Origin: a virus
Taxonomy: Duplodnaviria > Caudoviricetes
IMG/VR virus record: IMGVR_UViG_3300040808_001421
Location: 1 to 59,457 of that record
Direction: 5' to 3' (one strand)
Length of the DNA stretch: 59,457 bases
Notes under the pieces: model-generated
The model's database searches: none
Seen by the model: only the letters and a program-made list of their open reading frames with translations
What the model was told of the DNA's origin: nothing
Part shown: positions 8,799-18,659 of the stretch, piece by piece
Numbering within the stretch: the first letter of the stretch is position 1
Layout of the letters: the number at the start of each line of letters is the position of its first letter
Translations under genes and position numbers: made by a program

Positions 8799-11705
8799 AT
8801 GGCAGACGTAGTTAAAATTGGTAATAACGTAAACGACGGAACAGGTGATGATCTAAGAACGGCCTTCCAAAAGGTTAACACTAAGTTTGCGGAACTTGAT
8901 GCTAGAGGCGGTGAAAGTAATACAGGTGTAAACCTAGGTACTGAACAGGCCGATGGTCAAGCATTTTTTGCGGGCAAGTCAGGTTTTAATTTACAATTTA
9001 AAAGAATAAGAAGTGCTGACCCAGCAAGACTTACAATTACTAGTGACGGCGAAAGTATCATATTAGACAACAGTGCTGTTGCTACTCCAGCAGTAAGAAC
9101 TATACAGTTTAGTAATGACGTAAACAATGTTAATAATTCTATTACAACTAGCACAGGAAACGAAAGTGTTGGATTTGTAGGTGGATCAAATATAACATTA
9201 TCACAATCAGGTAGAAATTTAGTAATCACTGGTGCATTTACTGTTGATCAAGATCCTAGTCCAGAACTAGGTGGCAACCTTGCTATGCAGGGTAATAACA
9301 TTATTGGCCCAGGTGAAATTACTTCTTTAACAAATATACAATCTGCTGATGCAACATTTACTGATGCAACTGTATCAAATCAATTTACTGTAAACGGGTT
9401 AACTACATTAACTGGTGTTGTAACCGCGGCAGGTGGTGTTACAGGTAACCTAACTGGTAATGTGACAGGTAATGTAACAGGTAATCTTATTGGCGGCCTA
9501 GGTGGCAATCTTGCAACAAACGGTTACACTATTGAAGGCGGACACAGATTTAAATTACGCAGAGGCGATCCTGCTAACAATGTACTAGCAGATGAAATTG
9601 CAGACGGTGACTTTTATGTACAATTAGATGAAACATCACCAACTGCGGCATTTAGACGTTTAGGTACTGAAAACGATCAAATTGAATCTTTCTTAACTGT
9701 AAGTAACCATACTACCCAAGCAAACGTCAACAATGGAATGGGCGTTGGTATTGATTATCTAATTGGTACATCAAGTGGTGTTGGAGAATCACTAGGACAA
9801 TTAGGTGCTTATAGAAAATCAGGAAGTGTTAACGCATTTATTATTCAACCAATTGATCCATTAAACCCAATCGGTGAAACGTTTGCACCAGTAGCAGAAT
9901 TCAAAAGTAACAACGAAATTATTTTAGGTGCCGGTGAAGGCCAGATCAAAATTAGTGCAGGTACTATTGAAACAGTTGGTACTTCAAACAACAATTTACA
10001 ATTAAATGCAGATGGTGCTGGTTATGTAGACTTATACGGTGCGTATCAATTTCCAAGAAGCATTGGACAAGCAGGACAAGTATTAAAAGTTCCAACATCA
10101 GGTACAGTATTAGAATGGGGTATTGGTGGTGGAGGTGGAGGCGGTACGCCTAAGGCAATTACTGCTATTACACAAGCAAATCCTGGCGTTATTACAACTG
10201 CTGAAGCACACGGATTAAGTGATGGACAACCTGTAACAATTACAGATGTTGTTGGAATGACTGAACTTAATGGTAATGAATATTATGCGGATGTACTAAG
10301 TTCAACTACGTTTGCTCTTTATAGCGATGACACATTAAGCACAACAGTAGACACATCAGGATTTACTGCATACGCAAATGATGGCAGTGGGTTTGCAACA
10401 GGTGAAGCAAGTGGTAGTGGTTCAGTAGACTTTGTTGGGTTAACTGATACTCCTAGTTCGTATGCGGCCGCGGCAGGTGATGCTGATAAGATAGTACAGG
10501 TAAATGCAACAGGTGATGGAATTGAATTTACAAGTATAGATAATATTGTAAATGCAACCTACATTGAAGGCAAAGGCTTTATGCCTAAGTCAGGTGGAAC
10601 ATTTAGTGGTAATATCACAGTACAAGATATTATTGCAACTGCAAACACTGACATTGGTTCAAGTGGAACTCCAGCAAGAGACATTTATGCAAATAACTTT
10701 AGAGGACAACACGTTGGTGCTGTTGTAGGTAACGTTACAGGAAACTTAACAGGTAACGTAACTGGTGATGTAACTGGTAATGTAACAGGTAATGTTACTT
10801 CTACAGGTACAAGCACATTTAATAATATCACACTAACAGGTGCGTTATCAGTTAGCGGCGGTAGTATTACAGCAGATATTTCAGGTAACGTAACTGGTAA
10901 TGTTACAGGTAACCTAACTGGTAATACAACAGGTATACACAACGGTAATGTAAATGCTACTAGCGGAACAAGTGTGTTTAATATCGTTAATATTGCAAGT
11001 GCAAGTGCAACAGGAAACATTACGGCAAATTCATTTACAGGTGACATTACAAGTCCAGGTAATAGTACATTTGACAGTTTAACAGTAAGCGGAACAATTT
11101 CAAACTCTTCCGGAGATATTGAATTAAATGATAACACAAACATTACTGGTACACTTACAGTAAGTGGTGTTACTACTATTAACAATAAACTAGATGTTAA
11201 TGGACAAATTGATTTAGGTGACTTGCGTATTGACGCAAACAATATTGAAACACAAACATCAAACAGCAACTTAAGAATTGCCGCAAATGGTACTGGATTC
11301 TTAGAACTTGAAGGCGATGTAAGATTAAATGGTGTAGTAAGTTTAAGTGGTACAAATGAATTAATCATAGGTAGCACACAATCACCGTCTACAATTAATA
11401 TGGCATCAACTGTAACATTTGTAACAGCAAATGATTGGACTAGTGCAAGTGCTGGATTAGCGTTTGCTACATTACCAGACGGTGGACAAGAAGGCCAAAT
11501 GAAGATCCTTAAAATGAAAAATCGAGGACGTTATTCATTAGACGGTGTTTCATTCTTTGATAGATATGTTGAAGTTTCATTAAAAATTAACGGTGCCGCA
11601 AGTACAATAGATTTAAGTAATGGAACCAATAACGAGCATGGCGCCCTTACACTTATTTGGCACTCGGGAAGTTGGTGGCTAGTAAGTGAATACATTGAAA
11701 CATAA
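8799..11705 (+). CDS. second gp9/gp10-anchored fibre/structural protein
   Basis: IGNNVNDGTGDDLRTAFQKVN N-terminus; G(N/D)(V/L)T repeats; FCCH-like module; TAAATA and SD upstream. Confidence 0.8.
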   Translation: MADVVKIGNNVNDGTGDDLRTAFQKVNTKFAELDARGGESNTGVNLGTEQADGQAFFAGKSGFNLQFKRIRSADPARLTITSDGESIILDNSAVATPAVRTIQFSNDVNNVNNSITTSTGNESVGFVGGSNITLSQSGRNLVITGAFTVDQDPSPELGGNLAMQGNNIIGPGEITSLTNIQSADATFTDATVSNQFTVNGLTTLTGVVTAAGGVTGNLTGNVTGNVTGNLIGGLGGNLATNGYTIEGGHRFKLRRGDPANNVLADEIADGDFYVQLDETSPTAAFRRLGTENDQIESFLTVSNHTTQANVNNGMGVGIDYLIGTSSGVGESLGQLGAYRKSGSVNAFIIQPIDPLNPIGETFAPVAEFKSNNEIILGAGEGQIKISAGTIETVGTSNNNLQLNADGAGYVDLYGAYQFPRSIGQAGQVLKVPTSGTVLEWGIGGGGGGGTPKAITAITQANPGVITTAEAHGLSDGQPVTITDVVGMTELNGNEYYADVLSSTTFALYSDDTLSTTVDTSGFTAYANDGSGFATGEASGSGSVDFVGLTDTPSSYAAAAGDADKIVQVNATGDGIEFTSIDNIVNATYIEGKGFMPKSGGTFSGNITVQDIIATANTDIGSSGTPARDIYANNFRGQHVGAVVGNVTGNLTGNVTGDVTGNVTGNVTSTGTSTFNNITLTGALSVSGGSITADISGNVTGNVTGNLTGNTTGIHNGNVNATSGTSVFNIVNIASASATGNITANSFTGDITSPGNSTFDSLTVSGTISNSSGDIELNDNTNITGTLTVSGVTTINNKLDVNGQIDLGDLRIDANNIETQTSNSNLRIAANGTGFLELEGDVRLNGVVSLSGTNELIIGSTQSPSTINMASTVTFVTANDWTSASAGLAFATLPDGGQEGQMKILKMKNRGRYSLDGVSFFDRYVEVSLKINGAASTIDLSNGTNNEHGALTLIWHSGSWWLVSEYIET
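10728..10950 (+). repeat. 12-nt/4-aa GNVT/GNLT coding repeats (also near 9445-9490)
   Basis: GNVTGNLTGNVTGDVTGNVTGNVT. Confidence 0.8.
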
Positions 11706-11740
11706 TATACAGCAAAATAAATACTTGCAAGGAGTGAATA

Positions 11741-13996
11741 ATGTCTAAACCTACATGGATCACACAAGCAGGTAGCCTTGGTACTATTCAAGAAAAAGAA
11801 ACACAAAATATTAGCCTTAGTACCTCAGGCGATAATGTAACACTGAAATTAATAAGTGGAACCCTACCGGCTGGTATGCGTTTACAAGGAACTAGTTTAG
11901 TTGGTACTCCTTTTGATGTTGCAAAATCAACAAGATATGAATTTGTAATTAGAGCAAGTAATAGCGAAGGGTCAATTGATAGAACATTTACATTAACAGT
12001 AGAAGGTGAAGATCCACCAATTTGGTTAACACCTCAAGGTACATTAGATATTGGTCCTAATGGCGAATATTTTATTATGAATAAGTCACCAATTGATTAT
12101 CAATTAAGTGCAAGTGATTTAGATCTAAGTGCCGGTGATGAACTAGAATTTTATCTAGATGATTTAAGTGGTAGTCTACCGCCTGGTATTGTTTTAAGTA
12201 GAGACGGAAAACTTACAGGTATTATTAATGCTCCACTTACACTAGATTATAAAGCAACAAACGCAAATTACGATCAACAACAGTTTGATGCATTTCCTTA
12301 TGACTACGGCGGCGGAACAGAAGAAGGTGATGCAGTACCAAAGTACCTTTCACGATTTTATGAATTTGAAGTTACCGTAAGTGATGGTATTACTAGGGAA
12401 CGAAGAAAGTTTAGAATCTTTGTTATCAACGAACAACAGTTTAGAACAGATACTACACTTATTAGTATTGATAGTGAGACACTTTTATCAAGTGCAACAT
12501 ATCTAAGAGCACCTATTTGGTTAACAACAGGTAATCTTGGAATACGCAGATCAAACAATTACGTAACTATTCCATTAGAAGTTTATGATCCTAACCAATA
12601 CAGTGGTGATGTAGTTTATGAAATTGTTCCTCTAGAAGATAGCACACCAAGTGCTTTACCAAAAGGATTAGATATTGATAGTACTAACGGAGTTCTTTTT
12701 GGTAAAGTGCCATATCAACCGGCGGTTACAGAAACATTTACTTTTAGAGTAAGAGCAACTAGAACTGACAGTGTAAATGGTGAACAGACTTTTAGCCAAA
12801 GAACATTTATTATCAAGATACAAGGTGAAGTTGATAGTACAATCAAATTTACAAGCAACGAACTTATTGGTACACTTGTTCCTAATCAATTTAGTACACT
12901 TCAAGTTGTTGCCGAAACAACACTACCAAATGCTGATGTAAGATATAGTCTTGTAAGTGGTAACTTGCCTCCGGGCATTAAACTTGCAGGCGACGGAACA
13001 CTAATTGGTAAAGTACAACAGATACCAGATACAGGACAACAAAACGGTTTAACAACTATCGATCTAAATAGTTTCGGTCTTAATAGTTTCCTACTTGATG
13101 GCGGTTCTACATCAATTGACAAAGAATACAGATTTACTGTACAGGCTAAAGATTACTATCTTGCTAGTGCAGTTACAAAAGATTTTAAAGTAAGTATTAG
13201 TGCTGATAGTTTAACACAGTACAGTAATATCTTTTTAAGACCATTGCTATCAAAAGAAAGTAGACTGTACTACTACAACTTTATTACAGATGACAAAATA
13301 TTTACTCTGAACAGTTTGTACAGACCTGCTGATGAACAGTTTGGCATTCAAAAGAATTTATCTATGCTGTTACAACATGGTATAGAAACGTTGGCTATTG
13401 AAAAATATGTGCCAACACTTGCTCGTAACTTTAGCAGAAAAAATTATCGCTTCGGTGCTATCAAAAGTGCTGTTGCAAAAAATAGTAATAACGAAGTAAT
13501 ATATGAGATCATCTATGTGGAAATGGTAGATGAACTTGAACGTGGAGACAAATCCGTTAGTAGCAGAGTATCAATAAGCGGCGATAGCAAAACAATTGAT
13601 ACCAGTCAGGATAAGTTTAAAGTATCAACTAACTTGATTACAGTAGATCAACTAGTTGAAAAGTTTGTTTATCCTAACAGCACAACTGCTATGAAGGAGC
13701 GTTTTGCCCAAATGTATCCTGAAAACGACAGTACATTGATTCAGATTAATGATAGATTCCTACCACTTTGGATGCGTAGTATTCAACCTGATTCGGGTAC
13801 TAGTTTAGGATATGTTAAAGCAGTCCCGATTGCGTATGTTAAGCCTGGTACTAGCATAAGTATTATTAAGAATATTGAAGATAGTGAATTTGACTTCAAA
13901 AACATTAACTTTGATATAGATCGCTTAACCATAGATAGTGTTGAGGGACTGAAGGGTGATAAATACATTGCATTTCCAAAAAGGAAGGTAATTTAA
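11741..13996 (+). CDS. Ig/cadherin-like repeat virion structural protein
   Basis: Repeated P-x-W-x-T...G-x-L-P-P-G-x-x-L...F-x-V-x-A modules; TAAATA and AAGGAG upstream. Confidence 0.75.
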   Translation: MSKPTWITQAGSLGTIQEKETQNISLSTSGDNVTLKLISGTLPAGMRLQGTSLVGTPFDVAKSTRYEFVIRASNSEGSIDRTFTLTVEGEDPPIWLTPQGTLDIGPNGEYFIMNKSPIDYQLSASDLDLSAGDELEFYLDDLSGSLPPGIVLSRDGKLTGIINAPLTLDYKATNANYDQQQFDAFPYDYGGGTEEGDAVPKYLSRFYEFEVTVSDGITRERRKFRIFVINEQQFRTDTTLISIDSETLLSSATYLRAPIWLTTGNLGIRRSNNYVTIPLEVYDPNQYSGDVVYEIVPLEDSTPSALPKGLDIDSTNGVLFGKVPYQPAVTETFTFRVRATRTDSVNGEQTFSQRTFIIKIQGEVDSTIKFTSNELIGTLVPNQFSTLQVVAETTLPNADVRYSLVSGNLPPGIKLAGDGTLIGKVQQIPDTGQQNGLTTIDLNSFGLNSFLLDGGSTSIDKEYRFTVQAKDYYLASAVTKDFKVSISADSLTQYSNIFLRPLLSKESRLYYYNFITDDKIFTLNSLYRPADEQFGIQKNLSMLLQHGIETLAIEKYVPTLARNFSRKNYRFGAIKSAVAKNSNNEVIYEIIYVEMVDELERGDKSVSSRVSISGDSKTIDTSQDKFKVSTNLITVDQLVEKFVYPNSTTAMKERFAQMYPENDSTLIQINDRFLPLWMRSIQPDSGTSLGYVKAVPIAYVKPGTSISIIKNIEDSEFDFKNINFDIDRLTIDSVEGLKGDKYIAFPKRKVI

Positions 13997-13997
13997 T

Positions 13998-14630
13998 ATG
14001 GCAAGTAATATAGACACAAATAACATTGATGAAACGTATCCAGTCGCTGGACAGGATAATGATTCACAAGGATTCAGAGATAACTTTCAAAACATTAAAA
14101 CTGCAATAGGTGTTGCAAAAAGTGAAATCACTGATTTACAAAACAATTCACCATCATTAACATCAGACAATGATTTTAATGGAGGAGTAATTAGTAATGC
14201 AGTTACTAAAGATATAACACAAAAAACAAATCAAAATATTATTAATGGTACTGATGATGTGATTGATTTTAGTGCAGGTTCGTATCAAAGACTTACACTA
14301 CAAATTGAAAAAGATGATGTTAATAGTATTAACTTTAGAAACTTCGGACCAAACGATACACTTACACATGTTAGATTAGAAATTACAAGTCAAGAAGGTG
14401 GCGATGCTGGAAAAACTGCAAGAGCATTTGAAATCAACATCGGCGGTTCACCTATATACTTTAAACAAACACTACCGAATGATGAGAGTTCTGCATTAAG
14501 TTTTCCAATGGATCTAACTAAAGATGATAACTCTAGATATGTGTTTGACGTATGGACTTGGTCAACTTCAGGAGGTGTACCTGCAAACCTTTTTGTTGAT
14601 TACGTAGGCAAGTACACTTATACACCATAA
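13998..14630 (+). CDS. putative virion structural protein
   Basis: YPVAGQDNDSQGFRDNF followed by a short coiled coil, then a beta-rich domain; in the structural operon. Confidence 0.6.
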   Translation: MASNIDTNNIDETYPVAGQDNDSQGFRDNFQNIKTAIGVAKSEITDLQNNSPSLTSDNDFNGGVISNAVTKDITQKTNQNIINGTDDVIDFSAGSYQRLTLQIEKDDVNSINFRNFGPNDTLTHVRLEITSQEGGDAGKTARAFEINIGGSPIYFKQTLPNDESSALSFPMDLTKDDNSRYVFDVWTWSTSGGVPANLFVDYVGKYTYTP

Positions 14631-14890
14631 TGCTACATCCACTACAAGAAGACGTAACACTTCTTAAAGACGATGAATTGGAAGAAAAAATTAGAAACCT
14701 CTCTAAAAAATATCTTCTAGCGAGTCGATATAGCAACCAGTCTGTGCTAGGACAAATGCAAATGCTACTAACTACTTACAAGGAAGAACAAACTAGGCGT
14801 TTGAGAAAACAGTATCAAGAAACTATTTCTCAAGCAAAAGACGAAGTTGAAACCGATTTAAACGAGTTAGTAAATGTTGACAAACAATAG
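14630..14890 (+). CDS. hypothetical coiled-coil protein
   Basis: TAATG translational coupling with the upstream gene. Confidence 0.65.
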   Translation: MLHPLQEDVTLLKDDELEEKIRNLSKKYLLASRYSNQSVLGQMQMLLTTYKEEQTRRLRKQYQETISQAKDEVETDLNELVNVDKQ

Positions 14891-15506
14891 CGATAAAGAT
14901 TTAGTAGCAAACTTTTTTTCATGGGAAACACAATTTGATTCAATCGTTGCAATAGACGACATTGTGTATCCTAATACTTATAATGTAAAAATAAGTTTTC
15001 TACCAAAAATAACAGATATTAAATTACAAAACAATAGTTTCGAAAGAATAAAATATTTGTTTCACAAACTGTGCGAAAACAGTGTAATTTTACAACCAAA
15101 AAGTTCTTTAGAAAATGTCTTTTTCAAAATGCCTGTAAACAAAATTTTGTTACCAGGCAATCCATATGATCAATTATTGGCGATTACATTATTTCATAAA
15201 TGCAAAGCAATATCAGGAAAATATATCCATTTTGGACAAATAACTCTTGACAGCAAGTTAGGAGATAATGTACAATATACAGTAGATACTGATAGTTATG
15301 AAAACAGTAGTTTGAATACAGATGAATGGAATAAAAAAATTATTGAAAAGCCTTGGTGGGAAAGAAATGACACTGCAACTTTTGATCAAGTTATTGGTGA
15401 AGACAAATACTGGCAAGGTGCTAAGAGTTGGAGAGATTTAGGATATGGATCAAATGCACCTAAAAAAGAATTCAAACCAACCATCCTGGACGGCGGTAGA
15501 AGTTAA
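14874..15506 (+). CDS. hypothetical protein
   Basis: 210-aa ORF overlapping its neighbours in the operon. Confidence 0.65.
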   Translation: MLTNNSDKDLVANFFSWETQFDSIVAIDDIVYPNTYNVKISFLPKITDIKLQNNSFERIKYLFHKLCENSVILQPKSSLENVFFKMPVNKILLPGNPYDQLLAITLFHKCKAISGKYIHFGQITLDSKLGDNVQYTVDTDSYENSSLNTDEWNKKIIEKPWWERNDTATFDQVIGEDKYWQGAKSWRDLGYGSNAPKKEFKPTILDGGRS

Positions 15507-16014
15507 TTCTAACGGCAAGACAGTCTTAGACGAAACTAATATACTTGAACTGTTATATCAAGACAAACAAGAAAATGTTCAGTCTTGTATTGTAAAAAAT
15601 ACAGATGATATAAAGAAGTATAAACAATTTGTTAATTTAAATAAAGACAATTTTCAAAAGTTTAATACACAAGAAGATGACGTAGATCGTGATGGGTTTG
15701 ATCAACGTAATAGAGAAAATTGGTTTATTCCACAAGAATATAAAGATATTGATATTGAACAGTATGTGTTAGACTTATGTAAAACGCCTGCAGAAACTGA
15801 ACGTGTGCAAAAAGAATTAGAATTGTACAGATCACATGCTATGATAGATGTTTTAAAATGTTTAAAATACATTATTGATACACTTCGAAACAATAACTTA
15901 ATTTGGGGTGTAGGTAGAGGAAGTTCAGTGGCAAGTTATGTATTGTATTTGATGGGTGTACATAAGGTAGATAGTATCAAATATGATCTAAATCCAGAAG
16001 AATTTTTAAGGTGA
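15445..16014 (+). CDS. truncated DNA polymerase III alpha (DnaE)-like protein
   Basis: ERVQKELELY...WGVGRGSSVASYVLYLMGVHKVDSIKYDL...EFL matches the DnaE GRGSA.GS..AY.LGIT.VDP..Y.L.FERF region; start uncertain. Confidence 0.75.
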   Translation: MDQMHLKKNSNQPSWTAVEVNSNGKTVLDETNILELLYQDKQENVQSCIVKNTDDIKKYKQFVNLNKDNFQKFNTQEDDVDRDGFDQRNRENWFIPQEYKDIDIEQYVLDLCKTPAETERVQKELELYRSHAMIDVLKCLKYIIDTLRNNNLIWGVGRGSSVASYVLYLMGVHKVDSIKYDLNPEEFLR

Positions 16015-16050
16015 TTTCTTCTACATAAGTAGTATTACAAAGGAGGCAAT

Positions 16051-16497
16051 ATGGGAAAAACATATAGATCAATGCAGGGCAGACAAATTGACATGGAAAA
16101 ACTCCGTGCCCAAAATGAACTCATGCCTGCTGTAGGAAACATGAAAGTAAATGCACGTGGTGATGAACTTGGCTCAGGTGGAAAAGTTGTACGTACTAGA
16201 GAGCAAATTATGGCTGAATATTACGAAGCAAATCCAAATGCGGCTCCAGATCCTAAAGCAAAAGTAAAAACAGAAACAACACAAGGTAATGCTGTGCCGC
16301 CACCGAAAAATTTGAAAATTGAAGATACACTAGTATCAACAGTTGTAGAAGAAACTGTGGAAGAGCCTAAAACACCTGAAATGGAAAACGAAACACTTGC
16401 TAAAGTTGAAGAAAAAGTTGCTGAAAAAACAATTGAAGCAGTACAAAGAGCAAGACGTAGACGTAGTGGTATTGAAGAAGCAACAGGAGAAGAATAG
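16051..16497 (+). CDS. hypothetical protein
   Basis: AAGGAGG SD; late-like TAAGTA upstream. Confidence 0.7.
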   Translation: MGKTYRSMQGRQIDMEKLRAQNELMPAVGNMKVNARGDELGSGGKVVRTREQIMAEYYEANPNAAPDPKAKVKTETTQGNAVPPPKNLKIEDTLVSTVVEETVEEPKTPEMENETLAKVEEKVAEKTIEAVQRARRRRSGIEEATGEE

Positions 16498-16971
16498 ATG
16501 CCAGCATCAATGACAATACATAAAGGTAATGTTAAAGCCAAAGGTGAAGATGTTCTATTAACTAACATGTACTTTGGCGAAGAAAAAACTAAAGGCGGTT
16601 TAATTATTAGTTCAGACGACGGCAAGGAACGTGGCATTAAACCTCGTTGGGGACAAGTATTTTCAATTGGTCCCGGTTACAAACATCAAGACGAAATTAA
16701 GATCGGCGACTGGGTATTATTAGAGCACGGTCGTTGGTCAAGAGGTATTCATATCGAAGACACTGATGGAGTTGAATGGATTATTAGAAAAGCAGATACA
16801 GACGCTATTTTAATGGTTACTGAAGACGAACCAGCAGAAGTTACAGAATGGATTACATTGCATAGAGAATCAACACAGTATCTCAAAGAGAAACGTGAAG
16901 CAATGGATAATGCTTCAGACGGTCCTGCAATTACAATTAGAAAAGCACCTAAACAAGTAACAGAGGAGTAA
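16498..16971 (+). CDS. groES: GroES/Cpn10-like co-chaperonin (T4 gp31 analogue)
   Basis: EEKTKGGLII mobile loop, GQVFSIGPG, IKIGDWVLL. Confidence 0.8.
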   Translation: MPASMTIHKGNVKAKGEDVLLTNMYFGEEKTKGGLIISSDDGKERGIKPRWGQVFSIGPGYKHQDEIKIGDWVLLEHGRWSRGIHIEDTDGVEWIIRKADTDAILMVTEDEPAEVTEWITLHRESTQYLKEKREAMDNASDGPAITIRKAPKQVTEE

Positions 16972-16973
16972 AA

Positions 16974-17189
16974 ATGTTCACAGCAGTATTAGTGACCATA
17001 ACTGGTTTGTTTATGTATGACAACTCAGCCTTTTTCGCAGAAGTTAAAAAAGAACGTGAACAAGGTTATAAGTTTGAATATGTAGGAAAACAGAAAGCCG
17101 ATGAATACAAATATTCACTACCTGTAGTAAATCAGGAAACAGGTGAAAAGTTCATCTATTGGGAACATCAAAAGCCAGAGGAGAAGTAA
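16974..17189 (+). CDS. hypothetical protein with hydrophobic N-terminus
   Basis: GAGGAG SD; operonic. Confidence 0.6.
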   Translation: MFTAVLVTITGLFMYDNSAFFAEVKKEREQGYKFEYVGKQKADEYKYSLPVVNQETGEKFIYWEHQKPEEK

Positions 17190-17594
17190 TTGGCAAACGT
17201 CGACCTAAACAAATACAAAGAATTTGTAGAACAAGTAACAAGTGAAGAAAGTAACAATGTTGCACACATGCATCATAGAATGGTTGAGATTAGCGAAAAG
17301 GTTAATCCTGCATTGCTACTAACAGGTGCAATTGGTATTGCATCAGAAGGAGGAGAGTTTAGTGAAATTGTTAAAAAATGTATCTTCCAAGGTAAACCAA
17401 TGGATGATGAAACTGTCTTTCATTGCAAACGAGAACTTGGCGATATTATGTGGTATTGGATTAATAGTTGCCGGGCATTGGGTCTCGATCCTAATGAAGT
17501 TGTAGCAGAGAATGTTAACAAATTAAAAGCACGTTACCCAGGTGGCGAATTTGATGTCCACTACTCAGAAAACAGAAAAGAAGGCGATCTCTAA
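17190..17594 (+). CDS. mazG: MazG-like NTP pyrophosphohydrolase
   Basis: GIASEGGEFSEIVKK, RELGDIMWY, NVNKLKARYP; TTG start with GAGGAG SD. Confidence 0.88.
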   Translation: MANVDLNKYKEFVEQVTSEESNNVAHMHHRMVEISEKVNPALLLTGAIGIASEGGEFSEIVKKCIFQGKPMDDETVFHCKRELGDIMWYWINSCRALGLDPNEVVAENVNKLKARYPGGEFDVHYSENRKEGDL

Positions 17595-17967
17595 GAAGCC
17601 TGACATGGTAGCGGACAATCCACAGTCGCTACCATACCCCACCAATGTAGGAGCACCAGCATTTACAGTACCTGACGTTCTTAAACACAAAAATGAACGT
17701 GGTACAAATGCTATTCACTATCTCGAATCTAAATTCGATCAATTAAAACAAGAATACTTTAAACTAGTACAAACAGCAGAAGATACTGAACTAGTATACA
17801 ATTCCAAGTATGCTTTTATTCCTGTAGTAGGAAAAGTATATCATCTTTATGTTGGTGCTGACGAAAAATTGTTCTTGAGTATTATTGAACCAGAACGTGT
17901 ACCTTATTGGGAGTGTAAAGGCAGTTTTAAGTTTACACCTGATAATGTTTGGCAAAGAGTAAACTAA
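17554..17967 (+). CDS. DUF2452-like hypothetical protein
   Basis: LPYPTNVGAPAF...F.PVVGKVYHLY...LSII.P pattern; start uncertain. Confidence 0.6.
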   Translation: MSTTQKTEKKAISKKPDMVADNPQSLPYPTNVGAPAFTVPDVLKHKNERGTNAIHYLESKFDQLKQEYFKLVQTAEDTELVYNSKYAFIPVVGKVYHLYVGADEKLFLSIIEPERVPYWECKGSFKFTPDNVWQRVN

Positions 17968-17974
17968 AAAACTA

Positions 17975-18003
17975 TTGACAAATTTCTCAATTGGTATTAA
18001 AAT
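17975..18003 (+). promoter_or_regulatory. sigma70-type promoter
   Basis: TTGACA-17-TAAAAT, with the ATG at 18010 exactly 6 nt after the -10. Confidence 0.75.
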
Positions 18004-18009
18004 AGTAAA

Positions 18010-18249
18010 ATGAGTAATGAAGACAATGATTATTTAGAAGACGACGAACTCTATGAAACTGTTAGTGAAGTCGTGGCTAAACTCTTAGATGACGAAAACA
18101 ACGATCAGTTGTTGGTTGCTAGTTATCTATTTGCTAATGCTCTCAAGATATACAGAACACATCTTGACGATGACGACTATTACGCAATGCTAGAAGAAAT
18201 ATGGGATCGTTTGTTTGAAGATGACATGCAAAATAGGACACTACATTAA
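18010..18249 (+). CDS. hypothetical acidic protein
   Basis: ORF directly after promoter; coupled to the next gene. Confidence 0.65.
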   Translation: MSNEDNDYLEDDELYETVSEVVAKLLDDENNDQLLVASYLFANALKIYRTHLDDDDYYAMLEEIWDRLFEDDMQNRTLH

Positions 18250-18659
18250 TGAAAATCGGAATAACATTTTCATCTTTTGATCTATTTCATAGTGGTCATG
18301 TTGCAATGCTCAAAGAGGCAAAAGAAAACTGTGATCATATGATGGTAGGATTACAAACAGATCCAACAATTGATCGACCTGAAAAGAATAAACCTATCCA
18401 AAGCACATTTGAACGTTATGTCCAATTAGAAGGCTGTAAGTATATTGACCAAATTATACCGTACGAAACTGAAAAAGATCTAATAGACATACTGCTAACA
18501 TATAATATTGATGTAAGATTTATTGGTGAAGAATATAAAACCAAACAGTTCACAGGTAAGCAATTATGTGTTGACAAAGGCATAGAAATATACTATAATA
18601 AAAGACAACATTCATTTAGTACAAGTGGATTAAGAAAAAGGATAGAACAAAATGGCTAA
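18249..18659 (+). CDS. glycerol-3-phosphate cytidylyltransferase-like (TagD family)
   Basis: FDLFHSGH (HxGH), GLQTDP, RxHSFSTS. Confidence 0.85.
   Translation: MKIGITFSSFDLFHSGHVAMLKEAKENCDHMMVGLQTDPTIDRPEKNKPIQSTFERYVQLEGCKYIDQIIPYETEKDLIDILLTYNIDVRFIGEEYKTKQFTGKQLCVDKGIEIYYNKRQHSFSTSGLRKRIEQNG
18571..18599 (+). promoter_or_regulatory. consensus sigma70 promoter inside the cytidylyltransferase gene, facing the clamp loader
   Basis: TTGACA-17-TATAAT. Confidence 0.75.

Noticed and set aside
9440-10950. Short tandem repeats as a CRISPR array or DGR template/variable repeat
   Set aside because: They are degenerate in-frame coding repeats with no spacers; no reverse transcriptase and no adenine-specific variation seen
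10685-11377. 230-aa minus-strand ORF with VTLP repeats
   Set aside because: Antisense shadow of the GNVT repeats in the fibre gene; no independent signals
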